Below, one piece after another: positions 1 to 8,266 of a DNA stretch of 32,000 nt. The stretch is taken from the NCBI RefSeq assembly GCF_014396165.1, contig NZ_CP060715.1, positions 870,001-902,000 of the forward strand, in the 5' to 3' direction. The notes below the pieces were generated by a model. That model saw only the letters and a list, made by a program, of their open reading frames with translations, was not told where the DNA came from and did not search any database. Within the stretch, counting starts at the first letter, position 1. Each line of letters opens with the position of its first letter. Position numbers and translations under genes: made by a program. Source of the DNA: Erysipelothrix inopinata. Its GTDB lineage: Bacteria; Bacillota_I; Bacilli_A; Erysipelotrichales; Erysipelotrichaceae.

Positions 1-38
1 GATTAAGGTAATCATAAATTAAAATAAAGGGGAGAAAA

Positions 39-764
39 ATGAACATAGGAAAACTAATTAAGGAAAAAAGAACCGAACATCACCTTACCCAAGAAGAGCT
101 CGCAAGTGAACTTTATGTTACGAGACAACTTGTTTCCAAATGGGAGAATGAAAAAAGTTATCCGAGTTTGGAAGATGCCGTGAAATTAAGCGAACTTTTT
201 AATATTAGTTTGGATAATTTGATTAAAGGTGATGAGGCTTATACTCATGAACTATCATTTAATGCTAAAACGAAAAAAACTATGAAACTATTATTGTCAT
301 TACTATTAGTAGTCTCAATAAGTCTTGCCTCGATACTGTTGTTCATTATATTTGTTAATGGACCAGAACTTAGTGCAGAGGACCTTGTTATTACAAATGT
401 AGAAATCACAGAACTTGAAGCTAATAAAATTCTGAATCAACTGACCAATCAGGAAGTTATTATTCCTCAAGATATTGAGATTACAATAACTTTTAAAACT
501 GATAAACCGTTTGTAAGTCTGAACGGTGAATACAGTTCGAGGCTTTCTTATATGGAGAACAAAGATTTCACATTTTCTGTTTGGGGAGATTATCGACCAT
601 TTGGTAGCAAAGAAGGAAAAATAATTTTAAAAAGCCGTAGAGATACGATTACTGAAATGGCTAAAAGTAACTATGGCGCAAACATTTATATTCAAAATCT
701 ATCCGTGGGTCAACCCGATAATCTGTTAATTGGCTGGGAGGAGTTATACAAATATCTCAACTAG
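39..764 (+). CDS. XRE-family helix-turn-helix transcriptional regulator with a single transmembrane segment and a C-terminal extracytoplasmic domain
   Basis: GGGGAG RBS upstream of ATG 39. The N-terminal ~65 aa (LTQEELASELYVTRQLVSKWENEKSYPSLEDAVKLSELFNISLDNL) is a classic Cro/C1-type HTH. A hydrophobic stretch (MKLLLSLLLVVSISLASILLFIIFV) is followed by ~135 aa of unrecognised sequence. Confidence 0.8.
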   Translation: MNIGKLIKEKRTEHHLTQEELASELYVTRQLVSKWENEKSYPSLEDAVKLSELFNISLDNLIKGDEAYTHELSFNAKTKKTMKLLLSLLLVVSISLASILLFIIFVNGPELSAEDLVITNVEITELEANKILNQLTNQEVIIPQDIEITITFKTDKPFVSLNGEYSSRLSYMENKDFTFSVWGDYRPFGSKEGKIILKSRRDTITEMAKSNYGANIYIQNLSVGQPDNLLIGWEELYKYLN

Positions 765-805
765 AAATAATGGAACAAGAATCTAGCATTTTGATAGATA
801 CATTG

Positions 806-834
806 AAAAAGTTCGAAGTATTTCTAACTTTTTT
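806..834 (+). terminator. Rho-independent terminator of the XRE-like gene
   Basis: aaaaagttcgaa / ttctaacttttt stem (12 bp, one mismatch), loop gtat, T-run running out of the 3' arm. Confidence 0.55.
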
Positions 835-1111
835 GCTGTCAATATTTTGGTAGAAGAGACCTAACGTAAGAACAGCTCGTATTCATCTATTAGATAAAAA
901 TGATCATGAATATAATTCATATTACAATTATATTTTAACAATTTTCAGCCTACCCTGCCAGCAGTTACTTTCTGTGATTGTGTAAAATAGGTTGGAGATT
1001 ACAAAAAGCGATATTCCGCTTATAGCGATTTTGTTACAAACTACTATAAAATGAGCTATCACCGCGACTACTTTATCGCTTTGTGATAACTTTTTTCTTG
1101 TAGATAAGAGC

Positions 1112-1146
1112 AAAAAAAAAACTAACATCTTGTATGATGTTAGGTT
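1112..1146 (-). terminator. Rho-independent terminator downstream of the tRNA pair
   Basis: On the minus strand: cctaacatc-ataca-agatgttag hairpin followed by a run of 9 T. Confidence 0.6.
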
Positions 1147-1159
1147 GTATACATGGTTA

Positions 1160-1235
1160 TGGTGGCCCCAGTCAGAATCGAACTGACGACACACGGAGCT
1201 TCAATCCGTTGCTCTACCAACTGAGCTACAGGGCC
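1160..1235 (-). tRNA. tRNA-Phe (anticodon GAA), CCA encoded
   Basis: The reverse complement folds by hand into a cloverleaf: acceptor GGCCCTG/TGGGGCC, D-arm GCTC-AGTTGGTA-GAGC, anticodon arm ACGGA-TTGAAGC-TCCGT, T-arm GTCAG-TTCGATT-CTGAC, discriminator A, CCA. Confidence 0.93.
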
Positions 1236-1236
1236 A

Positions 1237-1313
<77 letters not shown>

Positions 1314-1325
1314 ATATGCTTATGC

Positions 1326-1355
1326 ATTATAACATACGGCACAAATATTGTCTAA
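1326..1355 (-). promoter_or_regulatory. Sigma-A-type promoter of the tRNA-fMet/tRNA-Phe transcription unit
   Basis: Minus strand reads TTAGAC (1355-1350), 18 nt spacer, TGT-TATAAT (extended -10, hexamer 1331-1326). The -10 lies about 13 nt upstream of the tRNA-fMet 5' end. Confidence 0.55.
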
Positions 1356-1499
1356 TATCTACAAGGTTTAAAGGTTTTGATGACCTCTTATTACTGTTTC
1401 GTAACATTTTTACTTTGTGAAATATTGTTCAACGTTACAATTTACCCAGATAAACACAGGAAATATCGCTGTGCTTACGTAACAATGGAGGGAATTAAA

Positions 1500-4154
1500 A
1501 TGAAAAAGGTAATCTTATCACTATGTTCTTTAAGTCTTTTGATGCTTAACACAAATGTCTACGCAGATGAAACTAAAGATATTATAGAAAGTGAAAATGT
1601 TGAGACGACGCAACAAGATGCGTCTGAACAAAAAAATGAAGAATCAAAGGATCAAATTGATTCTCAAAAAGAAGAAAACAGTAACAATACCAATGAAATA
1701 GAAAACATAGACACAGTAGAAATCAAGGAAGCTACAAAAGAATTATCTGAAAATCGAAATACAGACGAAGATACTGTAACAGTAAGATTTCATACAAATG
1801 GTGGTGTAATGGAAGATGAAGTTATTACCATCGATAAAGGTTCATACTTTAGCACTTATGACTTTACACCAACTCTTGAAGGGAAAGCATTTTATACTTG
1901 GTTTGAAGATGAGAATTTAGAGAAACAGTATTATGGCGGATATTTAAGTAACGATATCGATTTATATGCAGCATATACAGAAGTAGTTAACGAACAAGAC
2001 TTCTCAGATGATTTGTTGAATTACCTTGATAAGGTAAGTGGTATGAAAGCACCGTTCGGAGAAAAAAATCTAGCCGATATACAAATGTTCAGTAATTATG
2101 AAGTTATCGATTATTATGATGTCGACAACGATGTTTACGTTTATGAAGAAATTATAGTTCGCGACTATAAAGGAATCGAGCATTTGACCGGAATTCGCGA
2201 AATGAGAGTTACAATCGATTTAGATAATAAGGTGTCTAATGATAGCCTATCTCAAATCTCAACTCTTAATAATGTTACTCATCTTGAGTTTGGGGCATTA
2301 CTTCCAGAAGATGTTAGAAACGATTGGGGAGCTTCTGAGAAATATAATGCGTACAATCTATCAAACCCAATTCGAGTAAAACAATATGAAAATGAAATAT
2401 TGAAATATATCAATGCAGTCGATTTGAAGGTGTCAGAGTACAATGATTCATATCTTGGTTTCAATAATACTTTATACTTAATGGACCAATCTTACCTAGC
2501 AGGAATTAAAAATACACAAAACATTAATACTGTTAGTCAGATGAATGGTGAATTTGGTGGTGCAGTAGTTGTGAAAGCAGAGCCAGTTATCGTTGATGGT
2601 GAGACAGTATATAAAATATATATATCTAATCCGTTCAAAACTGCATATAAAGATGTTGATTCAAAATTCATTGTTGATTCAGAATTCAAATACTCTCATA
2701 ATGACTTTTATCCGATGATTAATCTTAATTATGATGGTGCGACAGATGAGGAAATTGAAAAATTCGAAGAAGCCATTAAAATGGAGTTTACAGACTTACA
2801 AGGAAATGTAATTAAGACGAATACTGATGATTATGATGGATCCATTCTCTTTAAAGATGTTTCCTTATATCTTAACGAAGCACAGTATCTAAATCTTGAA
2901 AAGCAAATTAGACTTGAAAATGAAAATCCAGAACATATCCCCCAACAAGGTGTAGGAAATATATTTGTGATGTCCTCATATTTCTACATGCCTGATAGTG
3001 AGATGATTAGTGGTGGAGGTCAGTATCCTGACTTCAGAAGTGATTACAGCGGTAGAATGAACGTTATTCTGGATGTAGAAAAATCATATACAGTTACTTT
3101 CGATAGTAAAGGTGGAAGTAGTATTGATCCACAAACAGTGTTAGAAAATACTGCAGCATCACAACCTACACAACCAACTCGTGATGGCTATACATTTAAG
3201 GGATGGTATACAGACGAAACCTATACTACGGAATATAACTTCGCGACACTTGTCACTGAAGATATGACTCTATACGCAAAATGGGAAAAGATCTCAGTGT
3301 ATTATACAGTTAGCTTCGACAGTAAAGGTGGAAATAGTATTGATCCACAAACAGTGTTAGAAAATACTTCAGCATCACAACCAACACAACCAACTCGTGA
3401 TGGCTATACATTTAAAGGATGGTATACAGACGAAACCTATACTACGGAATATAACTTCGCGACACTTGTAACTGAAGATATGACCCTATACGCAAAATGG
3501 GAAAAGATTTCAGTGTATTATACAGTTAGCTTCGATAGTAAAGGTGGAAGTAGTATTGATCCACAAACAGTGTTAGAAAATACTGCAGCAACACAACCTA
3601 CACAACCGATTAGAGACGGTTATGTATTTGTAGGATGGTATACAGACGAAACCTATACTACGGAATATAACTTCGCGACACTTGTAACTGAAGACATGAC
3701 CCTATACGCAAAATGGGAAAAAAATTCAGTGTATTATACAGTTAGCTTCGACAGTAAAGGTGGAAGTAGTATTGATCCGCAAACAGTATTAGAGAATACA
3801 GTAGCAACACAACCTACACAACCGATTAGAGACGGTTATGTATTTGTAGGATGGTATACAGATGAAACTTATATGACAGAATACAATTTCGCAACAGCTG
3901 TAACTGCGGATATAACTCTATTTGCAAAATGGAATAAAGAAGATATTACCGATCCTATTAAACCAGTAGATCCAGTAGATCCTGTTGAACCTGTTAATCC
4001 TATTGATCCAGTAAATCCAACAGAACCAGAAGAGAACGATGAGAAACTTCCTACAACTGGAGTTGATCAAAGAAGTGCTTATTTAGGGTTCGGCTTACTA
4101 AGTCTTGGATTGCTCTTTGCAATTGCAAATGTTTTAAAGAAAAAAGAATCTTAA
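1500..4154 (+). CDS. LPXTG cell-wall-anchored surface protein with Listeria-Bacteroides (Flg_new-type) repeats, 884 aa
   Basis: I place the start at ATG 1500 (GGAGGG RBS, signal peptide MKKVILSLCSLSLLMLNTNVYA/DE), not 1377, because the upstream extension overlaps the tRNA promoter. Layout: acidic N-terminal region, one isolated plus four tandem GW-Y-type 72-aa repeats, a PxDPV proline-rich spacer, then LPTTG + hydrophobic segment + KKKES tail. Confidence 0.9.
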   Translation: MKKVILSLCSLSLLMLNTNVYADETKDIIESENVETTQQDASEQKNEESKDQIDSQKEENSNNTNEIENIDTVEIKEATKELSENRNTDEDTVTVRFHTNGGVMEDEVITIDKGSYFSTYDFTPTLEGKAFYTWFEDENLEKQYYGGYLSNDIDLYAAYTEVVNEQDFSDDLLNYLDKVSGMKAPFGEKNLADIQMFSNYEVIDYYDVDNDVYVYEEIIVRDYKGIEHLTGIREMRVTIDLDNKVSNDSLSQISTLNNVTHLEFGALLPEDVRNDWGASEKYNAYNLSNPIRVKQYENEILKYINAVDLKVSEYNDSYLGFNNTLYLMDQSYLAGIKNTQNINTVSQMNGEFGGAVVVKAEPVIVDGETVYKIYISNPFKTAYKDVDSKFIVDSEFKYSHNDFYPMINLNYDGATDEEIEKFEEAIKMEFTDLQGNVIKTNTDDYDGSILFKDVSLYLNEAQYLNLEKQIRLENENPEHIPQQGVGNIFVMSSYFYMPDSEMISGGGQYPDFRSDYSGRMNVILDVEKSYTVTFDSKGGSSIDPQTVLENTAASQPTQPTRDGYTFKGWYTDETYTTEYNFATLVTEDMTLYAKWEKISVYYTVSFDSKGGNSIDPQTVLENTSASQPTQPTRDGYTFKGWYTDETYTTEYNFATLVTEDMTLYAKWEKISVYYTVSFDSKGGSSIDPQTVLENTAATQPTQPIRDGYVFVGWYTDETYTTEYNFATLVTEDMTLYAKWEKNSVYYTVSFDSKGGSSIDPQTVLENTVATQPTQPIRDGYVFVGWYTDETYMTEYNFATAVTADITLFAKWNKEDITDPIKPVDPVDPVEPVNPIDPVNPTEPEENDEKLPTTGVDQRSAYLGFGLLSLGLLFAIANVLKKKES
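3087..3950 (+). repeat. Four in-frame tandem repeats of 216 bp (72 aa) inside the surface-protein gene
   Basis: Units start at 3087, 3303, 3519 and 3735 (YTV(T/S)FDSKGG...YAKWEK). Long nucleotide-identical stretches are shared between units. Confidence 0.9.
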
Positions 4155-4163
4155 TAACTGAAA

Positions 4164-4191
4164 AGCGTCTCAATAATGAGATGCTTTTTTT
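4164..4191 (+). terminator. Rho-independent terminator
   Basis: agcgtctc-aataat-gagatgct hairpin (one G:T pair) followed by TTTTTTT. Confidence 0.7.
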
Positions 4192-4307
4192 GTGGATATA
4201 TACTACATATTTGTGAAATATCCAAAAATCCATGTAAATAAGGCGTGATAGTGCTATCATATCTTTATGAGTTTATTTTTTAGAAACGAAGTTTAAGGAG
4301 AATTAAA

Positions 4308-5864
4308 GTGGAAAAAAATAAGTATCAATTCAAAAAGTCGGAAGGTAAAACACGTCTATTTATGACGCTATCGACAATCTTTGTAACGCTATCAATATTC
4401 TTTATTGCATTTACAAAATGGGCATTAGTTACTTTTGGGGACTTGGATTTTGAACAATACCTCTTCACAATTGCGGGACCTAATACCGGTACACCGAAAG
4501 AAATGTATATTAAAGTAGCGATTATAATAGGCATTGTAATTCTATTGATTGCATTGATTATGGTAGGGATTTATTACTTTGTAAGACAACAGATGTATAT
4601 CAATAAAAAATCGGAAGGCAAAAGAGTACAAGTACTTTCTATGCCAATACGTAAGATTATTATTACTTGCGTGATTACAATATTCTTTGGATTTTCGATT
4701 TATTATACAAATACGAATTTGAAGATATCTACATACCTCTTAATGGGAGAGTCAGAGTTCATTGAAGGTCATTATATTGAACCTACAAAAGATAATGTAA
4801 CATTTCCGGAAAAAAAGAAGAATCTTGTTTATATTTTCTTGGAATCATTTGAATCAACATATTTTTCAAAAGAACTTGGTGGAGGCAGTGATGTAAACTT
4901 AATGCCAGAGATGACAAAACTACTCCAAGAACCAGGAGCTATTAATTTCTCTCATCAAGAAGGATTAGGGGGACTGAGACAAATTTATGGCTCAACTTAT
5001 TCAATTGCGGGGATGTTTGCTCAACAATCCGGATTGCCATTTAAAGTTCCGGGGGATGGAAACCAATACGGTATCAGCAATAACTTCATTCCTGGTGCAA
5101 AAATTCTTGGTGATATTCTTCATGATGAAGGATACAACCTTCAATTCTTAGCAGGTGCAGACGGCGGATTTGGTGGAGTAGATAATATGTACTATACTCA
5201 TGGGGATTTTGATGTGTTTGATTATGTCCGTGCAAAAGAGGAAGGGAAGATTCCAGCAGATTATATGGTTTGGTGGGGTTATGAAGATAAAAAGCTTTAT
5301 GAATATTCTAAAGAATTTATGGATGAACTAAGTCAAAAAGACGAACCTTTCGCAATCGTGATTGAAACCATCGATTCCCACTTCCCTGGAGGGTATACTG
5401 ATGAATCATGCTCAACAGAGTTTGATCAACCTTATATGAACTCTATTAAGTGTGTTGATAAACTTACTGCAGATTTTATTAGAGATATTCAAAAGGAACC
5501 TTATTATGAAGATACTGTTATTGTAGTTATGGGAGATCATCTAAGTATGGATCAGGAGTATTTTAAAACTATTGATTCAAATTATGAACGCACAGTATTT
5601 AATGCATTCCTAAATGTTGATCAAACAATAATTGATCAAGCTAATCATCAAAATCGAAATGGTTCAGCTATTGATGTATTCCCCACAATTCTACGAAGTA
5701 TGGGTGTTAACATTAAAGGACATCGTCTTGGTCTAGGAGCTGATCTCTACTCAAACCAAGATACATTGATAGAGCGATATGGACAAGAGCATGTTCATGA
5801 AGAATTAAAGAAAAATTCTATTTTTTATATGGATGAATTCTTAGAACAACGTTATGAAGAATAG
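4308..5864 (+). CDS. LTA synthase family / sulfatase-fold phosphoglycerol-transferase-like membrane protein
   Basis: GTG start 7 nt after AAGGAG. About three N-terminal hydrophobic segments by eye. The extracellular domain carries alkaline-phosphatase-superfamily motifs (VYIFLESFESTYF, GSTYSIAGMF, MGDHL). Confidence 0.85.
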   Translation: MEKNKYQFKKSEGKTRLFMTLSTIFVTLSIFFIAFTKWALVTFGDLDFEQYLFTIAGPNTGTPKEMYIKVAIIIGIVILLIALIMVGIYYFVRQQMYINKKSEGKRVQVLSMPIRKIIITCVITIFFGFSIYYTNTNLKISTYLLMGESEFIEGHYIEPTKDNVTFPEKKKNLVYIFLESFESTYFSKELGGGSDVNLMPEMTKLLQEPGAINFSHQEGLGGLRQIYGSTYSIAGMFAQQSGLPFKVPGDGNQYGISNNFIPGAKILGDILHDEGYNLQFLAGADGGFGGVDNMYYTHGDFDVFDYVRAKEEGKIPADYMVWWGYEDKKLYEYSKEFMDELSQKDEPFAIVIETIDSHFPGGYTDESCSTEFDQPYMNSIKCVDKLTADFIRDIQKEPYYEDTVIVVMGDHLSMDQEYFKTIDSNYERTVFNAFLNVDQTIIDQANHQNRNGSAIDVFPTILRSMGVNIKGHRLGLGADLYSNQDTLIERYGQEHVHEELKKNSIFYMDEFLEQRYEE

Positions 5865-5868
5865 TTAA

Positions 5869-5899
5869 AAAGCCCTGTTACAATTAGTAACAGGGCTTT
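5869..5899. terminator. Bidirectional terminator between convergent genes
   Basis: Perfect 13-bp stem aaagccctgttac / gtaacagggcttt with loop aatta, A/T runs on both sides. Confidence 0.75.
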
Positions 5900-5902
5900 A
5901 CT

Positions 5903-6913
5903 TTACTCAAATCCAATATTTTCTTTCAATCTGGTATATTCTGCATCAATAATTCCGAGGACTGCATTATTATATTCCCTATCATTTATAACATCTGTCT
6001 CAATAATAAGTGCGCCACCCTCAATTGATTTAAAATAGTATTTAGTGTAGTTTGAATCTAATTCATGAGATTGCTCTGAAGTATCTTCATTATATTTATA
6101 GTTCTTTGAGATAATAGTAAAATCATAGTTTTCTTTAATGAAGTCTACATCAACGTTTTTCATAGAACCCTTCAATGCATGCAGCGAACTGAGTAACATT
6201 AGTTTTTCATTTTCCTCAGTGTGATTTTCTTCTATGAAGTGGTGTTTCAACATATTACCTTTGGAGTCATGAACTTCAAGATAGTTACCTTCAGAGAGAA
6301 AGTATCCATAATCAAATATTTTTAGTGGTTTTTCGGAATCTTTCAATCTGTAATACAGAAGGGATTTATCCTGATCTAAGTATCTTTTTCCCCCGTTGTA
6401 AGTAAAAATATGATCTTTATTCTTTGAAGCAAAAACTCGATTAATTTTAATTAACGGATCAGTACCTTCTTCGGTTTCAAAGACAATATCTTCGAGTCTC
6501 GGGGAGGCGTCATCTGATTGATAAAACGAAACACTACTTGGATTATTCAAGTATCGATCAATAATAAAACTATCTTCTTTTGAGAACCATCGAGTTCCCA
6601 TTGTCCACTCAAAGACGCTGTTATCAACAAAGGGAATCTTTATATTATCTTCATAGGCAATTTGTCGGTGTACAAATCCTAGAGATTCCACTGAAATACT
6701 ACTGTAATGAGTGTCAGTTTCAATGACTACAAGTTTATGTCGAAAATCATCATTAATAATTGTGCTAATGCGACAGTCTTTGACGTTGAAAGCTTTACAA
6801 TGATCTTCGGCGAGAGTTGTTATTGAGAATCTCCATCGATACATGTATCCAATGAGAATGATGAGTCCGACATTCAGAATACTGAGAATAACGACTTTAG
6901 TTTTCTTTGTCAT
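5903..6913 (-). CDS. Hypothetical membrane-anchored protein with a ~300-aa extracytoplasmic domain (third gene of the PadR operon)
   Basis: 336-aa ORF with an N-terminal anchor (VVILSILNVGLIILIGYMY). Its ATG overlaps the upstream stop as ATGA (6910-6913). I recognise no family. Confidence 0.75.
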   Translation of the reverse strand: MTKKTKVVILSILNVGLIILIGYMYRWRFSITTLAEDHCKAFNVKDCRISTIINDDFRHKLVVIETDTHYSSISVESLGFVHRQIAYEDNIKIPFVDNSVFEWTMGTRWFSKEDSFIIDRYLNNPSSVSFYQSDDASPRLEDIVFETEEGTDPLIKINRVFASKNKDHIFTYNGGKRYLDQDKSLLYYRLKDSEKPLKIFDYGYFLSEGNYLEVHDSKGNMLKHHFIEENHTEENEKLMLLSSLHALKGSMKNVDVDFIKENYDFTIISKNYKYNEDTSEQSHELDSNYTKYYFKSIEGGALIIETDVINDREYNNAVLGIIDAEYTRLKENIGFE

Positions 6914-7689
6914 TGTGTACCTCCGTCAAGAATAGGAATGAGATCAATTCGACTATCCGGATTGAAAACTTCAATCATTATTGATTCAGGCATGCTTTCT
7001 ATATTTTGCAATGGAAGTATTCCAATATCTTTGTAGGATCTAACACTGGTAGTGAAAATTGAATTGGAGTCATCCAAATATGTTAAGGGAATTGGAAGTA
7101 TTATAGGCATTAATGCTAGCAATCTGGATTCATCAATATAAATACGAGAATCTAAATACAAGATATTCGGAGACACTAATGCGGATGTATTAGGATTATT
7201 ATTGCGATACGAGAAGTAAATTAGTATCCTTTTATCCACGGTATATAGGATATCTTGGAAATGGTAGTCGAAATCTCCGATCGATGCTGAAACATCGATT
7301 TTTCTTTTATCAATGGTATTGAAGTATTGAAAAGATTCACGGTAGTCACCGTTTGAAATATCCCCATTCATTTGTGAATACTCTATATATGACGGAATGA
7401 GGTGAACCCCTACAACAACGACGAGTATAAATGCAGTAATTTTAGTTATGTATTGAAACCATACGAAATAGGGATTATGGACCTGATTCAGAGCACGACC
7501 AATTTCTAATGGATCTCCAAGACGTTCGATTACGATAGTTTCTGCATCTTCAAGACTTAATCCAGATTCCAATTCATCCTGAATCGCGTCTTGAATATGA
7601 CTTAAATATTCATTGCGGAGTGAGTGCTTTACAAAAGGGTTCTTAACTTGGGAAAGCATTGCTTTAATGAATGCTTCTCTGTGATTCAT
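6910..7689 (-). CDS. Single-pass membrane protein with an N-terminal PadR-associated helical module (DUF1700 / 'permease prefix domain 1'-like) and an unknown extracytoplasmic C-terminal domain
   Basis: The N-terminus (REAFIKAMLSQV...LRNEYLSHIQDAIQDELESGLSLEDAETIVIERLGDPLEIGRAL) resembles the helical module usually encoded next to padR. TM segment is ITKITAFILVVVVGVHLIPSYI. ATGA overlap with the padR stop (7686-7689). Confidence 0.75.
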   Translation of the reverse strand: MNHREAFIKAMLSQVKNPFVKHSLRNEYLSHIQDAIQDELESGLSLEDAETIVIERLGDPLEIGRALNQVHNPYFVWFQYITKITAFILVVVVGVHLIPSYIEYSQMNGDISNGDYRESFQYFNTIDKRKIDVSASIGDFDYHFQDILYTVDKRILIYFSYRNNNPNTSALVSPNILYLDSRIYIDESRLLALMPIILPIPLTYLDDSNSIFTTSVRSYKDIGILPLQNIESMPESIMIEVFNPDSRIDLIPILDGGTQ

Positions 7690-8033
7690 GAGTTAGGAAT
7701 CAAATTGGTACTGTTTACAACTCGCTGTACAGAAGAAGAAAATTCTTGCCAAGTATCTTTTTCTTCAACAAGTTGTTTTAGTCCCTTTTTCGTTATTTGA
7801 TAGTACTTGCGGTCTTTCCCAGTTGGACCTTTTTTCATGTAAGACTTCAAATATCCAGAATTTTCCATGCGATGCAAGATAGGATATAGCGTTCCTTCCT
7901 TCATTTCAAAGGTGTTATCAGAACGTGTTTCGAGCTCTTTAATGATTTCGTATCCATAGCGGTCTTGTTCACTAAGTAGTGACAAGAGCATGAATTCTGA
8001 GCCAATACGTAGCCATTCTCGGTGTTTGTTCAT
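7686..8033 (-). CDS. PadR family transcriptional regulator
   Basis: 115 aa with the PadR winged-helix signature (DRYGYEIIKELETRSDNTFEMKEGTLYPILHRMENSGYLKSY). AAGGAGG RBS upstream. Confidence 0.92.
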   Translation of the reverse strand: MNKHREWLRIGSEFMLLSLLSEQDRYGYEIIKELETRSDNTFEMKEGTLYPILHRMENSGYLKSYMKKGPTGKDRKYYQITKKGLKQLVEEKDTWQEFSSSVQRVVNSTNLIPNS

Positions 8034-8051
8034 GGTAATCCTCCTTACTAT

Positions 8052-8094
8052 GTGTATCTATGTATATTATACCTAGATACACTATGTTAGTCAA
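8052..8094 (-). promoter_or_regulatory. padR operon promoter with an overlapping inverted-repeat operator candidate
   Basis: Minus strand reads TTGACT (8094-8089), 17 nt spacer, TATAAT (8071-8066). A perfect 9-bp inverted repeat, GTGTATCTA (8052-8060) and TAGATACAC (8074-8082), brackets the -10. Confidence 0.6.
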
Positions 8095-8266
8095 TTACTG
8101 TACATATTTCATCAACAATTCACTTAATAAGCCGTAATAAATGATATAATTCGCATGTTATTTTTGGAGAAGGTATATTCAAATAATGACAAGTTCAAAA
8201 AGAATGGTGAACTTTTTGGATTGAAAAGGGGAAATAAAAAGCTAGGATACATAAAGGTGGAAAAAT

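Noticed and set aside
770-853. 27-codon ORF (MEQESSILIDTLKKFEVFLTFLLSIFW) just after the XRE-like gene
   Set aside because: No Shine-Dalgarno, and it runs straight through the terminator hairpin of the upstream gene.
1051-1096. Plus-strand hairpin (tatcac-c-gcga / tcgc-ttt-gtgata) followed by TTTTTT, plus an 11-codon mini-ORF, in the ~270-bp untranslated gap 840-1110; possible small RNA
   Set aside because: The stem is short, AT-rich and interrupted. I could not find a convincing upstream promoter or SD. It may simply be spacer sequence downstream of the tRNA terminator. It would only be worth revisiting with RNA-seq data.
928-1194. 88-aa minus-strand ORF in the track
   Set aside because: Its 5' part overlaps tRNA-Phe and the tRNA terminator. 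It has no RBS and a low-complexity, hydrophobic, AT-driven composition. I consider it spurious.
1377-1499. N-terminal 41-codon extension of the surface-protein ORF (track start TTG 1377)
   Set aside because: The extension overlaps the divergent tRNA promoter region and has no RBS. ATG 1500 has a GGAGGG RBS and begins a canonical signal peptide.
3087-3950. Regularly spaced repeats that could superficially suggest a CRISPR-like array (also 30617-31696)
   Set aside because: The 216-bp units are contiguous with no unique spacers, sit in-frame inside long ORFs and encode a known protein repeat. They are not CRISPR.
8191-8217. Weak hairpin (aagttca-N10-tgaactt + TTT) and a 12-codon ORF in the leader of the 346-aa gene, considered as an attenuator
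   Set aside because: The stem is only 7 bp and AT-rich with a 10-nt loop, and the mini-ORF start is poorly spaced (12 nt) from the GGAGAAGG. This is too weak to call.
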